DNA of 34,438 nt, taken from the IMG/VR virus record IMGVR_UViG_3300042335_000112, positions 1 through 34,438 of that record; one strand, given 5' to 3'. The DNA is from a virus (Duplodnaviria; Caudoviricetes). The notes under the pieces are model-generated. The model was not told where the DNA came from and ran no database searches. It saw only the letters and a program-made list of their open reading frames with translations. Below are positions 8,629 to 17,086 of this stretch, piece after piece. Both the position numbers and the translations under genes were made by a program. The stretch's first letter is position 1; each line of letters begins with the position of its first letter.

Positions 8629-8829
8629 ATGACACACGAAATGGAAGGACACGAAGCCCAGCGGTTATTCTCGCAGGGCGAACATTCAGGGTTAAACCCG
8701 TATTATCCCGGCAGCAACGAGCATGACCAGTGGGAAACGGGTTGGCAATGGGCAATCGAAATGGAAGTAAGGCGGCTCAACGAAGAATGGGGGCTGCACG
8801 AAGCTTTTAAAAATAATTTGCAGAATTGA
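8629..8829 (+). CDS. Rmf/CrpP-like small protein (66 aa)
   Basis: 'GHEA...G...NPY..GS.EH.QW..GW'; ATG just after the promoter. Confidence 0.55.
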   Translation: MTHEMEGHEAQRLFSQGEHSGLNPYYPGSNEHDQWETGWQWAIEMEVRRLNEEWGLHEAFKNNLQN

Positions 8830-8848
8830 TTTTTTTGTTGTATAATTG
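8818..8848 (+). promoter_or_regulatory. Promoter TTG-N20-TATAATTG
   Basis: One mismatch to the -7 consensus; same spacing as the 8591 promoter. Confidence 0.55.
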
Positions 8849-8852
8849 CACA

Positions 8853-8984
8853 TCGGAACATCAGGATTGACTCCCCTGCCGAAATTTGGAAGTAATGAAA
8901 ACGATAAATCAAAACACCCACGCAAGTAAAGAGGCGGCAAACTTCCAGCCGGGGTCAACTCTTGAAAGTGTGGGTGTTTTTTTT
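8853..8984 (+). ncRNA. Structured leader / attenuator upstream of the replication operon
   Basis: 13-bp stem 8911-8923/8968-8980 ending in a T8 run; three upstream segments complementary to its loop. Confidence 0.55.
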
Positions 8985-9182
8985 ATGCAACAACTCAAAC
9001 ACATTCCCCCCGACATCTGCGAAAGGTGTCTCGATGTACTCGCTGCCGAAATTGGGCGGCTCGAAGTACGGCAACAAATTAACCCCATGCCAAAGGAAGC
9101 CTACAAAATGAAACGGCTTTCATTAGATTTGCAGGTCATCAGGTACAAACACATTTTACAACGACATGGCAGGCTGGGTTAA
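8985..9182 (+). CDS. Hypothetical protein (65 aa from MQQLKH; in-frame ATG also at 8895)
   Basis: ORF overlapping the initiator start. Confidence 0.55.
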   Translation: MQQLKHIPPDICERCLDVLAAEIGRLEVRQQINPMPKEAYKMKRLSLDLQVIRYKHILQRHGRLG

Positions 9183-9960
9183 AATACATCGCAAATTTAT
9201 TGAATGGCAGTGGTTCGGTAATTCCGAATATGTACACCTCTTTATTTATGTTCTGCTAAAAGCAAATCATGCAGACAAAATGTGGCAAGGGCATGAAGTA
9301 AAGCGCGGCCAGTTGATTACATCGATAGCCAACTTATCAGCAAACACGGGCATCTCACAGCGTTCAATCAGAACTTTGTTAAAAAAGTTTCAAAACACTG
9401 GCGAAATTGAGGTAAAAACGACAAACAAATTTACCCTTATAACTCTTTGTAAATATGAATGTTACCAAGTTGTTGAAGAAGAAAACGACAAACAAAACGG
9501 CACACAACCGACAAACAAACGACAAACAACTGACAAACAACTGACAACAAACAAGAATTATAAGAATGATAAGAATGAAAAGAATGAAGAGAATATATAT
9601 AGGCAGTTTGACCATTTGAAAATTTTACGGCCTGAGTTTGATAAACTGGTGGCAGAAGGTTATACACCGGAGCAGGTCGATAATATCCTTGACCGGATAG
9701 AAAACTACAAAAAGAACAGGGACTACAAAAACCTTTACATGACTGCAAAGAATTGGCTGGCCAAAGAACCTAAACATGGAACAAGGGCAGTCGAAAAAAC
9801 TTACATGGTTTTCTGGGCAGTCAAAAAGGAAAACGGCAAACTTGAACGGATGGCAGAAAATATGACTGCTGAACAAATCGAAGTGCTGAAAACAACCGAT
9901 ATACTTGATTTGCAGATACGCGAGCCGGAACACAAAGATTACGGGGGCGTTGTGATATGA
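9166..9960 (+). CDS. Phage replication initiator / replisome organizer
   Basis: 'GWVKIHRK...LFIYVLLKAN...RGQLITS' HTH N-terminus; internal iterons; upstream of primase-helicase. Confidence 0.8.
   Translation: MAGWVKIHRKFIEWQWFGNSEYVHLFIYVLLKANHADKMWQGHEVKRGQLITSIANLSANTGISQRSIRTLLKKFQNTGEIEVKTTNKFTLITLCKYECYQVVEEENDKQNGTQPTNKRQTTDKQLTTNKNYKNDKNEKNEENIYRQFDHLKILRPEFDKLVAEGYTPEQVDNILDRIENYKKNRDYKNLYMTAKNWLAKEPKHGTRAVEKTYMVFWAVKKENGKLERMAENMTAEQIEVLKTTDILDLQIREPEHKDYGGVVI
9420..9600. repeat. Putative origin: GACAAACAA iterons plus AAGAAT 9-bp repeats
   Basis: GACAAACAA at 9420, 9487, 9510, 9521, 9532, then AAGAATTAT/AAGAATGAT/AAGAATGAA x2. Confidence 0.65.
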
Positions 9961-11576
9961 GTTATTCATTTTACAACATCGAAATTCCTTCCGGCAAAAC
10001 GGCAGGTGAAGTACAAACCCTTTGTCCTCAGTGTAGCCACACCAGGAAAAAGAAAACCGACCGCTGCCTATCCGTTAACCTCGACAAAAAGGCTTGGATT
10101 TGTCATCATTGCGGCTGGAAGGGTGGCATTATTGACCGCCCCGAGGTAGTCAAATATGAAGTTCCTGAGTGGCAAAACAACACCGCACTAAGCGACAAGG
10201 TGCTGAAATGGTTTGAAGGCCGCAGGATAACCGCTGCCACACTGAATAAGATGCAGATCAGTGAGCAGTTGGAATTTATGCCACAGCTGAACAAAGAAGT
10301 AAACTGCATTTGCTTTAACTACTTTGAGTCTGGGCAGTTAAAGAATGTGAAATATAGGGACGGGGCAAAACATTTTAAGATGCACAAGGGCGCAGAACTT
10401 ATCCCGTACAACATCGACTGCCTTGCGACCGCTACCGAGGTTTGGATTGTGGAGGGCGAAATGGATGCACTGGCGTTGATTGAGGCAGGGATTGATAATG
10501 TAATCAGTGTGCCAAATGGGGCGCAACCGAACCTTACTTTCTTCGACCGCTTTATGCCCGGCTTTGACCACATTCAAAAGATACACATTGCAGTTGACAA
10601 CGATGCACCCGGCATTGACCTACGCAATGCGATTGCAGACCGTTTTGGAAAGGACAAATGTAATTACATCGTATACGCGGAGTGCAAGGATGCCAACGAA
10701 TACCTGCTGTTGAATGGCGCGATTGCACTGCGCGAAGCCAGCCACAATTTCACGGAGTTCCCGATGCTGGGGGTGTTCAAGGTTACGGACTTTTTGACCG
10801 AAATAGAAAACCTTTACAACTTTGGACTGCCAGCTGGGGCGAAAACCGGGGTTGACAAGTTTGACAAGATGCTGTCGTTCCACAAAGGCTACCTTACCAC
10901 AATCACGGGCGTACCCGGCCACGGGAAGTCCGATTTTTTGGACTTTGTGCTGATGAAGTTAATGATTAAACACGGGTGGAAAGGTGGCTTTTACAGCCCC
11001 GAAAACCGACCGACCGAACTGCATATATCTAAACTGATGCGAAAGATTACACAACGGCCTTTTATGGGCAGGGATAGAATGAGCCAAGAGGAAGTATTTG
11101 ATGCGGTTATCGAACTTGAAAAGCATATTTTCTTTATTAAGCCCGAAAAGGATAACACACTTGACAGCATCTTCGCCAAGGTTGCCGAACTCAAAAACCG
11201 ACATAACATTGACTGGTTTGTCATAGATGCTTGGAACAAACTTGAACACCAATATACCGAAAGCGAAACCAAATACATCGGGCAAAGCCTTGATAAGATT
11301 GTAAACTTTTGCGAAAAATACAATGTGCATTGTTTCCTTGTGGCGCACCCACGCAAAATCCAAAAGAATGAAGACAGCAGTTACCACATACCGACCTTGT
11401 ACGACATTGCAGGGAGTGCAAACTTCTTCAACAAGACCGACAATGGCATCACCGTTTATCGGAATTTCAAAAACAACACGGTAGAAATTCATGTGCAAAA
11501 GGTGAAGTTCTCGCACTGGGGTGAAGTGGGAATGTGCGAGTTTAATTATCACATACCAACCGGACTATATGTATGA
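9957..11576 (+). CDS. Primase-helicase (T7 gp4/Twinkle-like)
   Basis: Zn ribbon CPQC...CHHC; TOPRIM 'EGEMDAL', 'DNDAPG'; Walker A 'TGVPGHGKS'. Confidence 0.93.
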   Translation: MSYSFYNIEIPSGKTAGEVQTLCPQCSHTRKKKTDRCLSVNLDKKAWICHHCGWKGGIIDRPEVVKYEVPEWQNNTALSDKVLKWFEGRRITAATLNKMQISEQLEFMPQLNKEVNCICFNYFESGQLKNVKYRDGAKHFKMHKGAELIPYNIDCLATATEVWIVEGEMDALALIEAGIDNVISVPNGAQPNLTFFDRFMPGFDHIQKIHIAVDNDAPGIDLRNAIADRFGKDKCNYIVYAECKDANEYLLLNGAIALREASHNFTEFPMLGVFKVTDFLTEIENLYNFGLPAGAKTGVDKFDKMLSFHKGYLTTITGVPGHGKSDFLDFVLMKLMIKHGWKGGFYSPENRPTELHISKLMRKITQRPFMGRDRMSQEEVFDAVIELEKHIFFIKPEKDNTLDSIFAKVAELKNRHNIDWFVIDAWNKLEHQYTESETKYIGQSLDKIVNFCEKYNVHCFLVAHPRKIQKNEDSSYHIPTLYDIAGSANFFNKTDNGITVYRNFKNNTVEIHVQKVKFSHWGEVGMCEFNYHIPTGLYV

Positions 11577-12427
11577 GGCACGGAAGTTTATTTAGTGGCA
11601 TTGGTGGGTTTGACCTTGCAGCCGAATGGATGGGCTGGGAGAATATGTTTCACTGCGAATGGATGGAATTTCCGCGCAAGGTATTGGAATACTATTGGCC
11701 GGAAGCAGACAGCCACATTGATATATGCAAAACTGATTTTAAAAAATATGCAAATAGAATTGATATTCTCACCGGGGGCTTCCCCTGCCAACCATTCTCA
11801 CTCGCAGGAAAGCGAAAGGGAACAGATGATGAACGCTACTTGTGGGGCGAAATGCTACGAGCAATACAAGAAATTAAACCCACATGGATCATCGCAGAAA
11901 ATGTCTTTGGTATCGTCAATATTGACGGGGGATTGGTTTTCGAGCAGGTGTGCATTGACTTGGAAAATGAAGGGTACGAAGTTCAACCGTTTATTATTCC
12001 AGCTGCGGCCAAAAACGCACCGCACCGCCGGGATAGATGCTGGTTTGTTGCTAAAAACACCATGCACAGCAGATGCATACACGGAAAAAATGAGCAAGAA
12101 GGAGCAGAAATTTGGGAACAGCGGAACACTTGCACAAGAAATTCAAACGGGATTTATTTATCAAAGGGGAATGCTACCGACACCGAGAGTATTTGCATAC
12201 AAGGACAGCGCAACAGACAGAGGAAAGGGGAATTTAGGGGAAGTAACTGGAACCGGTTCCCAACTCAATCCCCGATTTGTAGCGGAGATGATGGGCTTCC
12301 CACCGAACTGGACGGAATTACCTTTTCAAAATGGCGAAACGAGTCAATCAAAGGCTATGGAAATGCCATAGTTCCACAAATATCCTACGAACTTTTTAAG
12401 ATAATAGAGCATGAGCATAATACCTGA
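11573..12427 (+). CDS. DNA cytosine-C5 methyltransferase, alpha chain
   Basis: Motifs I 'SLFSGIGG', IV 'GFPCQPFS', VI 'ENV', VIII 'HRRDR', X 'YGNAIVP'. Confidence 0.9.
   Translation: MRHGSLFSGIGGFDLAAEWMGWENMFHCEWMEFPRKVLEYYWPEADSHIDICKTDFKKYANRIDILTGGFPCQPFSLAGKRKGTDDERYLWGEMLRAIQEIKPTWIIAENVFGIVNIDGGLVFEQVCIDLENEGYEVQPFIIPAAAKNAPHRRDRCWFVAKNTMHSRCIHGKNEQEGAEIWEQRNTCTRNSNGIYLSKGNATDTESICIQGQRNRQRKGEFRGSNWNRFPTQSPICSGDDGLPTELDGITFSKWRNESIKGYGNAIVPQISYELFKIIEHEHNT
11595..12371 (+). CDS. Overlapping-frame beta chain of the C5 methyltransferase (true start probably internal)
   Basis: Carries motif IX-like 'LNPRFVAEMMGFP' that is missing from the alpha frame. Confidence 0.7.
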   Translation: MALVGLTLQPNGWAGRICFTANGWNFRARYWNTIGRKQTATLIYAKLILKNMQIELIFSPGASPANHSHSQESEREQMMNATCGAKCYEQYKKLNPHGSSQKMSLVSSILTGDWFSSRCALTWKMKGTKFNRLLFQLRPKTHRTAGIDAGLLLKTPCTADAYTEKMSKKEQKFGNSGTLAQEIQTGFIYQRGMLPTPRVFAYKDSATDRGKGNLGEVTGTGSQLNPRFVAEMMGFPPNWTELPFQNGETSQSKAMEMP

Positions 12428-12896
12428 AAACCAAACCGCCACGATTTACCGCCTAAAAAAAGAGGTGAAGTATTGGCAAACAATGGCTGCCCGTTACAGC
12501 CGTAAAAACGAAGAAGTTGACGAATTGAAAGTCTGCATTGAGGCAATGCATCGAGATATAGACTATCTTAAAACAATGCTGGGCGAAAAAAACAAACAAG
12601 CCACCATGCAAGAGTTAATCGAGGAGGCTATCGGGGGCGTTTTTCCCTACTTTTTGCCCACGATGATAGCATCGCGCAGCCGAAAGGGCGAAGTGGTTAA
12701 CCTGAGGCACATTTGGTTTAAACTCATGTATCAATATTCCGGCCTGAGTTTGGTTAAAATTGCCAACATAGCGCAGCGTGATCACAGCACTGTCATCCAC
12801 GCCTGCCGAAAAGTTGACGACCTTTGTCATGTGGAAAGGGAATACTGCCGAAAGTTTAACCAAATAAATGAGGCGTTGATAAACAAACTGAAATGA
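12411..12896 (+). CDS. Coiled-coil protein with DnaA C-terminal-like HTH
   Basis: 'SRKGEVVNLRH...SLVKIA...RDHSTVIHACRKV'. Confidence 0.8.
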   Translation: MSIIPENQTATIYRLKKEVKYWQTMAARYSRKNEEVDELKVCIEAMHRDIDYLKTMLGEKNKQATMQELIEEAIGGVFPYFLPTMIASRSRKGEVVNLRHIWFKLMYQYSGLSLVKIANIAQRDHSTVIHACRKVDDLCHVEREYCRKFNQINEALINKLK

Positions 12897-13498
12897 TAAG
12901 CGAAGTTTACAACGAGGATTGCATGGATTTAATGTCACGCTACCCTGATAAGTATTTTGATTTGGCAGCGGTAGACCCACCTTATGGGATAGATATAAAT
13001 TCAAGTGGAACACATTTTAAAGAAAAATATGAAATAAAACACTGGGATAAAGCAGCGCCAAATGATGAATATTTTAAAGAATTAAAAAGAGTATCAAAAA
13101 ATCAAATTGTTTGGGGGGGAAATTATTTTTTAGATAGATTAGGAAATTGCAAATGTTTTATTATTTGGGATAAAAAAATAGCTGAAGATATGAGTTTTGC
13201 AATGTGTGAAATGGCTTGGACTTCTTTTAAAAACGGAGCAAAGATTTATAATAAAACCGCAACGCAATTAAATAGAATACACCCTACACAAAAACCCGTT
13301 GCACTTTACGATTGGATTTTTAAGAACTACGCAAAGCAGGGGGATAAGATACTTGACACTCATTTGGGAAGTGGCAGCAGCAGAATTGCAGCACACAAAG
13401 CCGGACTTGATTTTATAGGTTGCGAACTTGACCTCGATTATTTTGCAGCAGCCGAAAAAAGATACAAAGATTTTGCAGCGCAGTTGCGTATATTTTAA
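12893..13498 (+). CDS. N6A/N4C DNA methyltransferase
   Basis: 'VDPPYG', 'HPTQKP', 'DTHLGSGS'. Confidence 0.92.
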   Translation: MISEVYNEDCMDLMSRYPDKYFDLAAVDPPYGIDINSSGTHFKEKYEIKHWDKAAPNDEYFKELKRVSKNQIVWGGNYFLDRLGNCKCFIIWDKKIAEDMSFAMCEMAWTSFKNGAKIYNKTATQLNRIHPTQKPVALYDWIFKNYAKQGDKILDTHLGSGSSRIAAHKAGLDFIGCELDLDYFAAAEKRYKDFAAQLRIF

Positions 13499-13521
13499 GT
13501 TTAATTTTCTATATTTGCATC

Positions 13522-13797
13522 ATGTTAATACTCGATATCTGTTTATCCGATTTGCCCAGCGAGGCAATCACCACCGCCAAAAATGGCAAAAAGTACATCA
13601 AACTCGTTTGCAGCGAACGCAAATCTGAGGGCAAATTTGGTGAAACCCATTACATTGCACTCTCACAAAGCAAAGAAGAACGAGAGGCGAAGAAGCCCAC
13701 TACCTATGTGGGTGGTGCGAAGGCTTACAAAAATGTAACTAACAAAGAGGTAACACCTGAACCAGCCTACAAAGGGGGCGATGACCTGCCATTCTGA
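13522..13797 (+). CDS. Putative single-stranded DNA-binding protein
   Basis: Acidic 'DDLPF' tail; TATATTTG 4 nt upstream. Confidence 0.6.
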   Translation: MLILDICLSDLPSEAITTAKNGKKYIKLVCSERKSEGKFGETHYIALSQSKEEREAKKPTTYVGGAKAYKNVTNKEVTPEPAYKGGDDLPF

Positions 13798-14030
13798 TGT
13801 CTGATTTTGACTGGAAAGCACCGACAAAGGACTTGGTGAACCCTGCCCACTACAAAGACACGCCCATTGAATGTATTGAGGCAATCAAAGCAGCAATGAG
13901 CGAGCAGCAATTTCAAGGCTATCTCAGGGGTAATGTCATTAAGTACCTATGGCGTTACGAAAACAAGGGCGGCAAAACGGATTTAGAAAAGGCCGAATGG
14001 TATTTGAAACGATTGATTGAAGAACTATGA
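13797..14030 (+). CDS. DUF3310 (T7 gp1.7/SaV-like) protein
   Basis: 'VNPAHY...IECIEAI...GNVIKYLWRY...DLEKAEWYL'. Confidence 0.85.
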   Translation: MSDFDWKAPTKDLVNPAHYKDTPIECIEAIKAAMSEQQFQGYLRGNVIKYLWRYENKGGKTDLEKAEWYLKRLIEEL

Positions 14031-14218
14031 CCTACGCACAAAAGCAAAAACACTTCATAAAGCACCGGGCGAAGGGCGACACGGAGATGCTGGTAAAACA
14101 ACTTGCCGGGAAAGTAAGCCGTAAGACGATTTTCGATGCGCTTAAAAACGACAGCAAGTATCTTCCGGCAAAGCATCAACTTGTAATTGATACGGCCTTT
14201 GAGATTGTTGCAGAATAA
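14027..14218 (+). CDS. Small putative DNA-binding protein
   Basis: 63 aa; HTH-like 'LAGKVSRKTIFDALK'. Confidence 0.55.
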   Translation: MTYAQKQKHFIKHRAKGDTEMLVKQLAGKVSRKTIFDALKNDSKYLPAKHQLVIDTAFEIVAE

Positions 14219-14273
14219 CAGCCGTGCAGCCGCAGTTTCTACAAATTAACACACCCTGAATTGCGGTTGCACT

Positions 14274-14441
14274 ATGTTATACATCACCCTTGTTTATTGG
14301 AATGCTGCAAACAATGTCAACTACTACCCGGTGCCGGCCGAAGAAGTAGAACGGACAATTAAACTATACCAACGCAAGGGGTACAAGTGTGCGATTTACA
14401 CACCGGAATTGATTGAACAAATAAAAAATTCTCAAAAATAA
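14274..14441 (+). CDS. Hypothetical protein (55 aa, MLYITLVYWN...)
   Basis: Translated by hand; fills the intergenic gap. Confidence 0.6.
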   Translation: MLYITLVYWNAANNVNYYPVPAEEVERTIKLYQRKGYKCAIYTPELIEQIKNSQK

Positions 14442-14472
14442 TTTGCAAGTTTAGTTTTTTACACTATCTTTG
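14442..14472 (+). promoter_or_regulatory. Promoter TTTG-N19-TATCTTTG
   Basis: Bacteroidota consensus; nearly identical to 17489-17518. Confidence 0.8.
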
Positions 14473-14480
14473 TACCCATT

Positions 14481-14945
14481 ATGAATGACATACTAAAAAA
14501 ACCAATCACTGCCAACGAAATTGAATGGCGTGTGCAGCAACAGACCAGCACTGGCAAACTCATTGTCGTGCCGTACATCACCAACCGCTGTGTTATGGAA
14601 CGATTTGATGAAGCCTTTGGGGCGAGTAACTGGACATCGGAGTTTAGAGAAATCGCCAATGGCTTTATTTGCCGCTTATCCGTAACCATTGACAAAAAAT
14701 TTGTTTACCGCGAAGACGGAGCATCCAAAACCAATATCGAACCTGAGAAGGGTGGCATATCCGATGCCATGAAACGGGCAGCGGTGCAATTTGGTTTAGG
14801 GCGTTGCCTATACGCTTACCCCCGTGTAATGATTGAAACCGACGGCAAATTCATACCCGATTGGGCGTATGCCAAACTTGACAAGTTAGTGGAGTGGGTG
14901 AACGCTGGGAATTATAAAGAAATAATAATAATACCAAACAAATAA
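14481..14945 (+). CDS. Rad52/Sak-like ssDNA annealing protein
   Basis: 'IEWRVQ...VPYITNR.VMERFD...W...EKGGISDAMKRAAVQFGLGR.LY'. Confidence 0.85.
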   Translation: MNDILKKPITANEIEWRVQQQTSTGKLIVVPYITNRCVMERFDEAFGASNWTSEFREIANGFICRLSVTIDKKFVYREDGASKTNIEPEKGGISDAMKRAAVQFGLGRCLYAYPRVMIETDGKFIPDWAYAKLDKLVEWVNAGNYKEIIIIPNK

Positions 14946-14949
14946 TACT

Positions 14950-15354
14950 ATGATTACACCTGACATTACCGACATGATTTTCGCAGTTGAGGAAGGCAAC
15001 GCCAACCCACTTGAAATCTATTGCGCCCTTCACAAATTAGAGGCGCAGGTCAAAGCAGCCAAAGAGCAAATCAAATCACTTGCCATTGATGAAGCCAGTA
15101 AGCACGGCAAGACTTTCACCTTTATGGGCTTTGAAATTCAGCAGAAGGCACTGCCCGGACGCTGGTCATTCGACCACATAGACGATTGGAACTCCGCAAA
15201 GTTCAAGATGAAAACAATCGAAGACCTTGCAAAGTGGGCGTATAAGTCGCACGAAAAAGGAGTGCAACCGATTACAGATGACGGTGAAGTGATTACCCCT
15301 GCCAATTATACACCCGGTGGAGACACCATAGCATTGAGGGAGGTAGAAGCATGA
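14950..15354 (+). CDS. Hypothetical phage protein
   Basis: 134-aa ORF in the operon. Confidence 0.75.
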   Translation: MITPDITDMIFAVEEGNANPLEIYCALHKLEAQVKAAKEQIKSLAIDEASKHGKTFTFMGFEIQQKALPGRWSFDHIDDWNSAKFKMKTIEDLAKWAYKSHEKGVQPITDDGEVITPANYTPGGDTIALREVEA

Positions 15355-15566
15355 CACCCGTTCAATTAGTCATTCAAGACTTGCAAAAGGCAGGCTGGCC
15401 AGTGTTAAGAGCCGAAGCGGAAAGGTGGCTCAGCAATGAACGCACACGCATTGAACAAGCCTATTATGCCGGGCGTGAAGACCTTGACTGCAAACGCAAC
15501 GACATGGCCGAGGCTTACGAAGATGCGGCAGATTATTATGTCCAAAATTACGGAGGTGCAAAATGA
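15351..15566 (+). CDS. Small protein related to the QTAVEWL family (ends YYVQNYGGAK)
   Basis: ATGA coupling; GGAGGT upstream. Confidence 0.75.
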   Translation: MTPVQLVIQDLQKAGWPVLRAEAERWLSNERTRIEQAYYAGREDLDCKRNDMAEAYEDAADYYVQNYGGAK

Positions 15567-15763
15567 CACAAACAGCAGTAGAGTGGTTATTTGACCAATT
15601 ACCTGACCATTTGCGGTTAAGTGAAGATGGTTTTGATACTTTGCAACAAGCCAAAGCAATGGAAGCCGAGCAAAAAAAAGAAGCCTACAACGAAGGAATA
15701 AAACAAGGTATTAAAATTGCCGTTAACGAGGAATGGGGCGAAGAAGAAGGAGGTGCAAAATGA
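15563..15763 (+). CDS. Small QTAVEWL-family protein
   Basis: 'TQTAVEWL...QQAKAMEAEQ..EAY'. Confidence 0.8.
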   Translation: MTQTAVEWLFDQLPDHLRLSEDGFDTLQQAKAMEAEQKKEAYNEGIKQGIKIAVNEEWGEEEGGAK

Positions 15764-15957
15764 TTATCATTGCCGGGGTGCTTACCTACTTCCTTTATTG
15801 GCTCGTAATTCCCACCAAAACTATTGAACAACCTGAAGCCACACCTTACACTTTTGAACGCGACAAACCCGTTGAAAATGCGAATGAAACATTTAACGCA
15901 TGGGCAGACTTGCGGAGGCAAATCGACATCGAAAAGAAGGAGGGGCGGTTAAGCTAA
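15760..15957 (+). CDS. Small membrane-anchored protein (start MIIIAG)
   Basis: N-terminal hydrophobic helix; ATGA coupling. Confidence 0.65.
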   Translation: MIIIAGVLTYFLYWLVIPTKTIEQPEATPYTFERDKPVENANETFNAWADLRRQIDIEKKEGRLS

Positions 15958-16038
15958 ACGCTGACACAACACTTTAAAAAGTCAACTTAAACACTGACTG
16001 ATTTTTCATCAATCTTGAACACAAATTTATTTTGAACA

Positions 16039-16067
16039 TGGGGAGCATTGCGTTCCCCTTTTCTTTT
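16039..16067 (+). terminator. Intrinsic terminator
   Basis: GGGGAGC-ATTGC-GTTCCCC followed by TTTTCTTTT. Confidence 0.65.
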
Positions 16068-16084
16068 GGTACATTTATACTTAG

Positions 16085-17086
16085 ATGAACAAAACACAAC
16101 TGGTTGAAAGTTACATCCGCAAATATTGCGACAATAACAATCAATTAACCATTCCAAAACAAACCCTTTCGCGCTTAATTTACAACGAAAACCACGGGCT
16201 TTTTAGCGGAATTGATGCGGTGCGAAACATTGTGCGGTCGTTAACCGGATCAAACAAAACCAACACCAAGGCACTGCCTGGGTTTACGCAACCAAGCACA
16301 ATCGAGGACGGCCTACGCAAGTACAAGCTATTCACCAAACTTCCGGAGCCAAAAGAAAAAATCCTTAAACCCGGATGCTGGCTGGTTATGTCCGATATTC
16401 ACTTCCCTGAGCATGACCCGACCGCGATTGCCGCCTCCTTACAACTGGCAAAAAATGCAAATGTTGACGGGATCGTGCTGAACGGAGACATAATTGATAT
16501 GTACGAGGTGAGCCGCTTTATTAAAGAAGTAGGTCGGCCAAGTATCAAAACTGAACTTGAAATGACACGAAGTTTTTTTCAGTTACTCAGGGACGAATTT
16601 GGGGACATTCCGATAGTTTACAAATTTGGCAATCACGAAGAAAGGATGCGGAATTATTTACTCACAAACGCCCGTGCGATTGCTGAATTGGACGGCATCG
16701 GACTTGAAGACCAGCTACAACTCAAAAAGTTCGGTATTGATGTGGTTTACCGCGAGAGAATAAGAGCCGGGAAGTTAGATATATTGCACGGCCATGAGTT
16801 GCAGAAGGGTATTTCTGCCCCGGTTAACCCAGCAAGAGGGGCGTTTTTAAGGGCTAAATCTTCGTTGTTGATAGGACACCACCACCAAACATCTACACAC
16901 CACGAAAACAACCTTAAACGCGACCAAATCGTGTGCTATTCCATAGGCTGTCATTGTACCCTTACACCGGAATATAACCCGTTCGGCTATACCCGGCAAA
17001 ATCACGGGGGCGCAATCGTGGAAATTCTCAAAGGTGGCAATTTCAAAGTCAACAACTATCGCATAATTGACGGCAAATGCTATTAA
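16085..17086 (+). CDS. Calcineurin-like metallophosphoesterase
   Basis: 'SDIH', 'NGDIID', 'GNHE', 'HGHE', 'GHHH'. Confidence 0.9.
   Translation: MNKTQLVESYIRKYCDNNNQLTIPKQTLSRLIYNENHGLFSGIDAVRNIVRSLTGSNKTNTKALPGFTQPSTIEDGLRKYKLFTKLPEPKEKILKPGCWLVMSDIHFPEHDPTAIAASLQLAKNANVDGIVLNGDIIDMYEVSRFIKEVGRPSIKTELEMTRSFFQLLRDEFGDIPIVYKFGNHEERMRNYLLTNARAIAELDGIGLEDQLQLKKFGIDVVYRERIRAGKLDILHGHELQKGISAPVNPARGAFLRAKSSLLIGHHHQTSTHHENNLKRDQIVCYSIGCHCTLTPEYNPFGYTRQNHGGAIVEILKGGNFKVNNYRIIDGKCY

Noticed and set aside
9481-9600. CRISPR-like repeats
   Set aside because: Units are 9-11 bp without unique spacers; better explained as iterons
10959-11552. 197-aa minus-strand ORF
   Set aside because: Antisense to the conserved helicase; no start context or motifs
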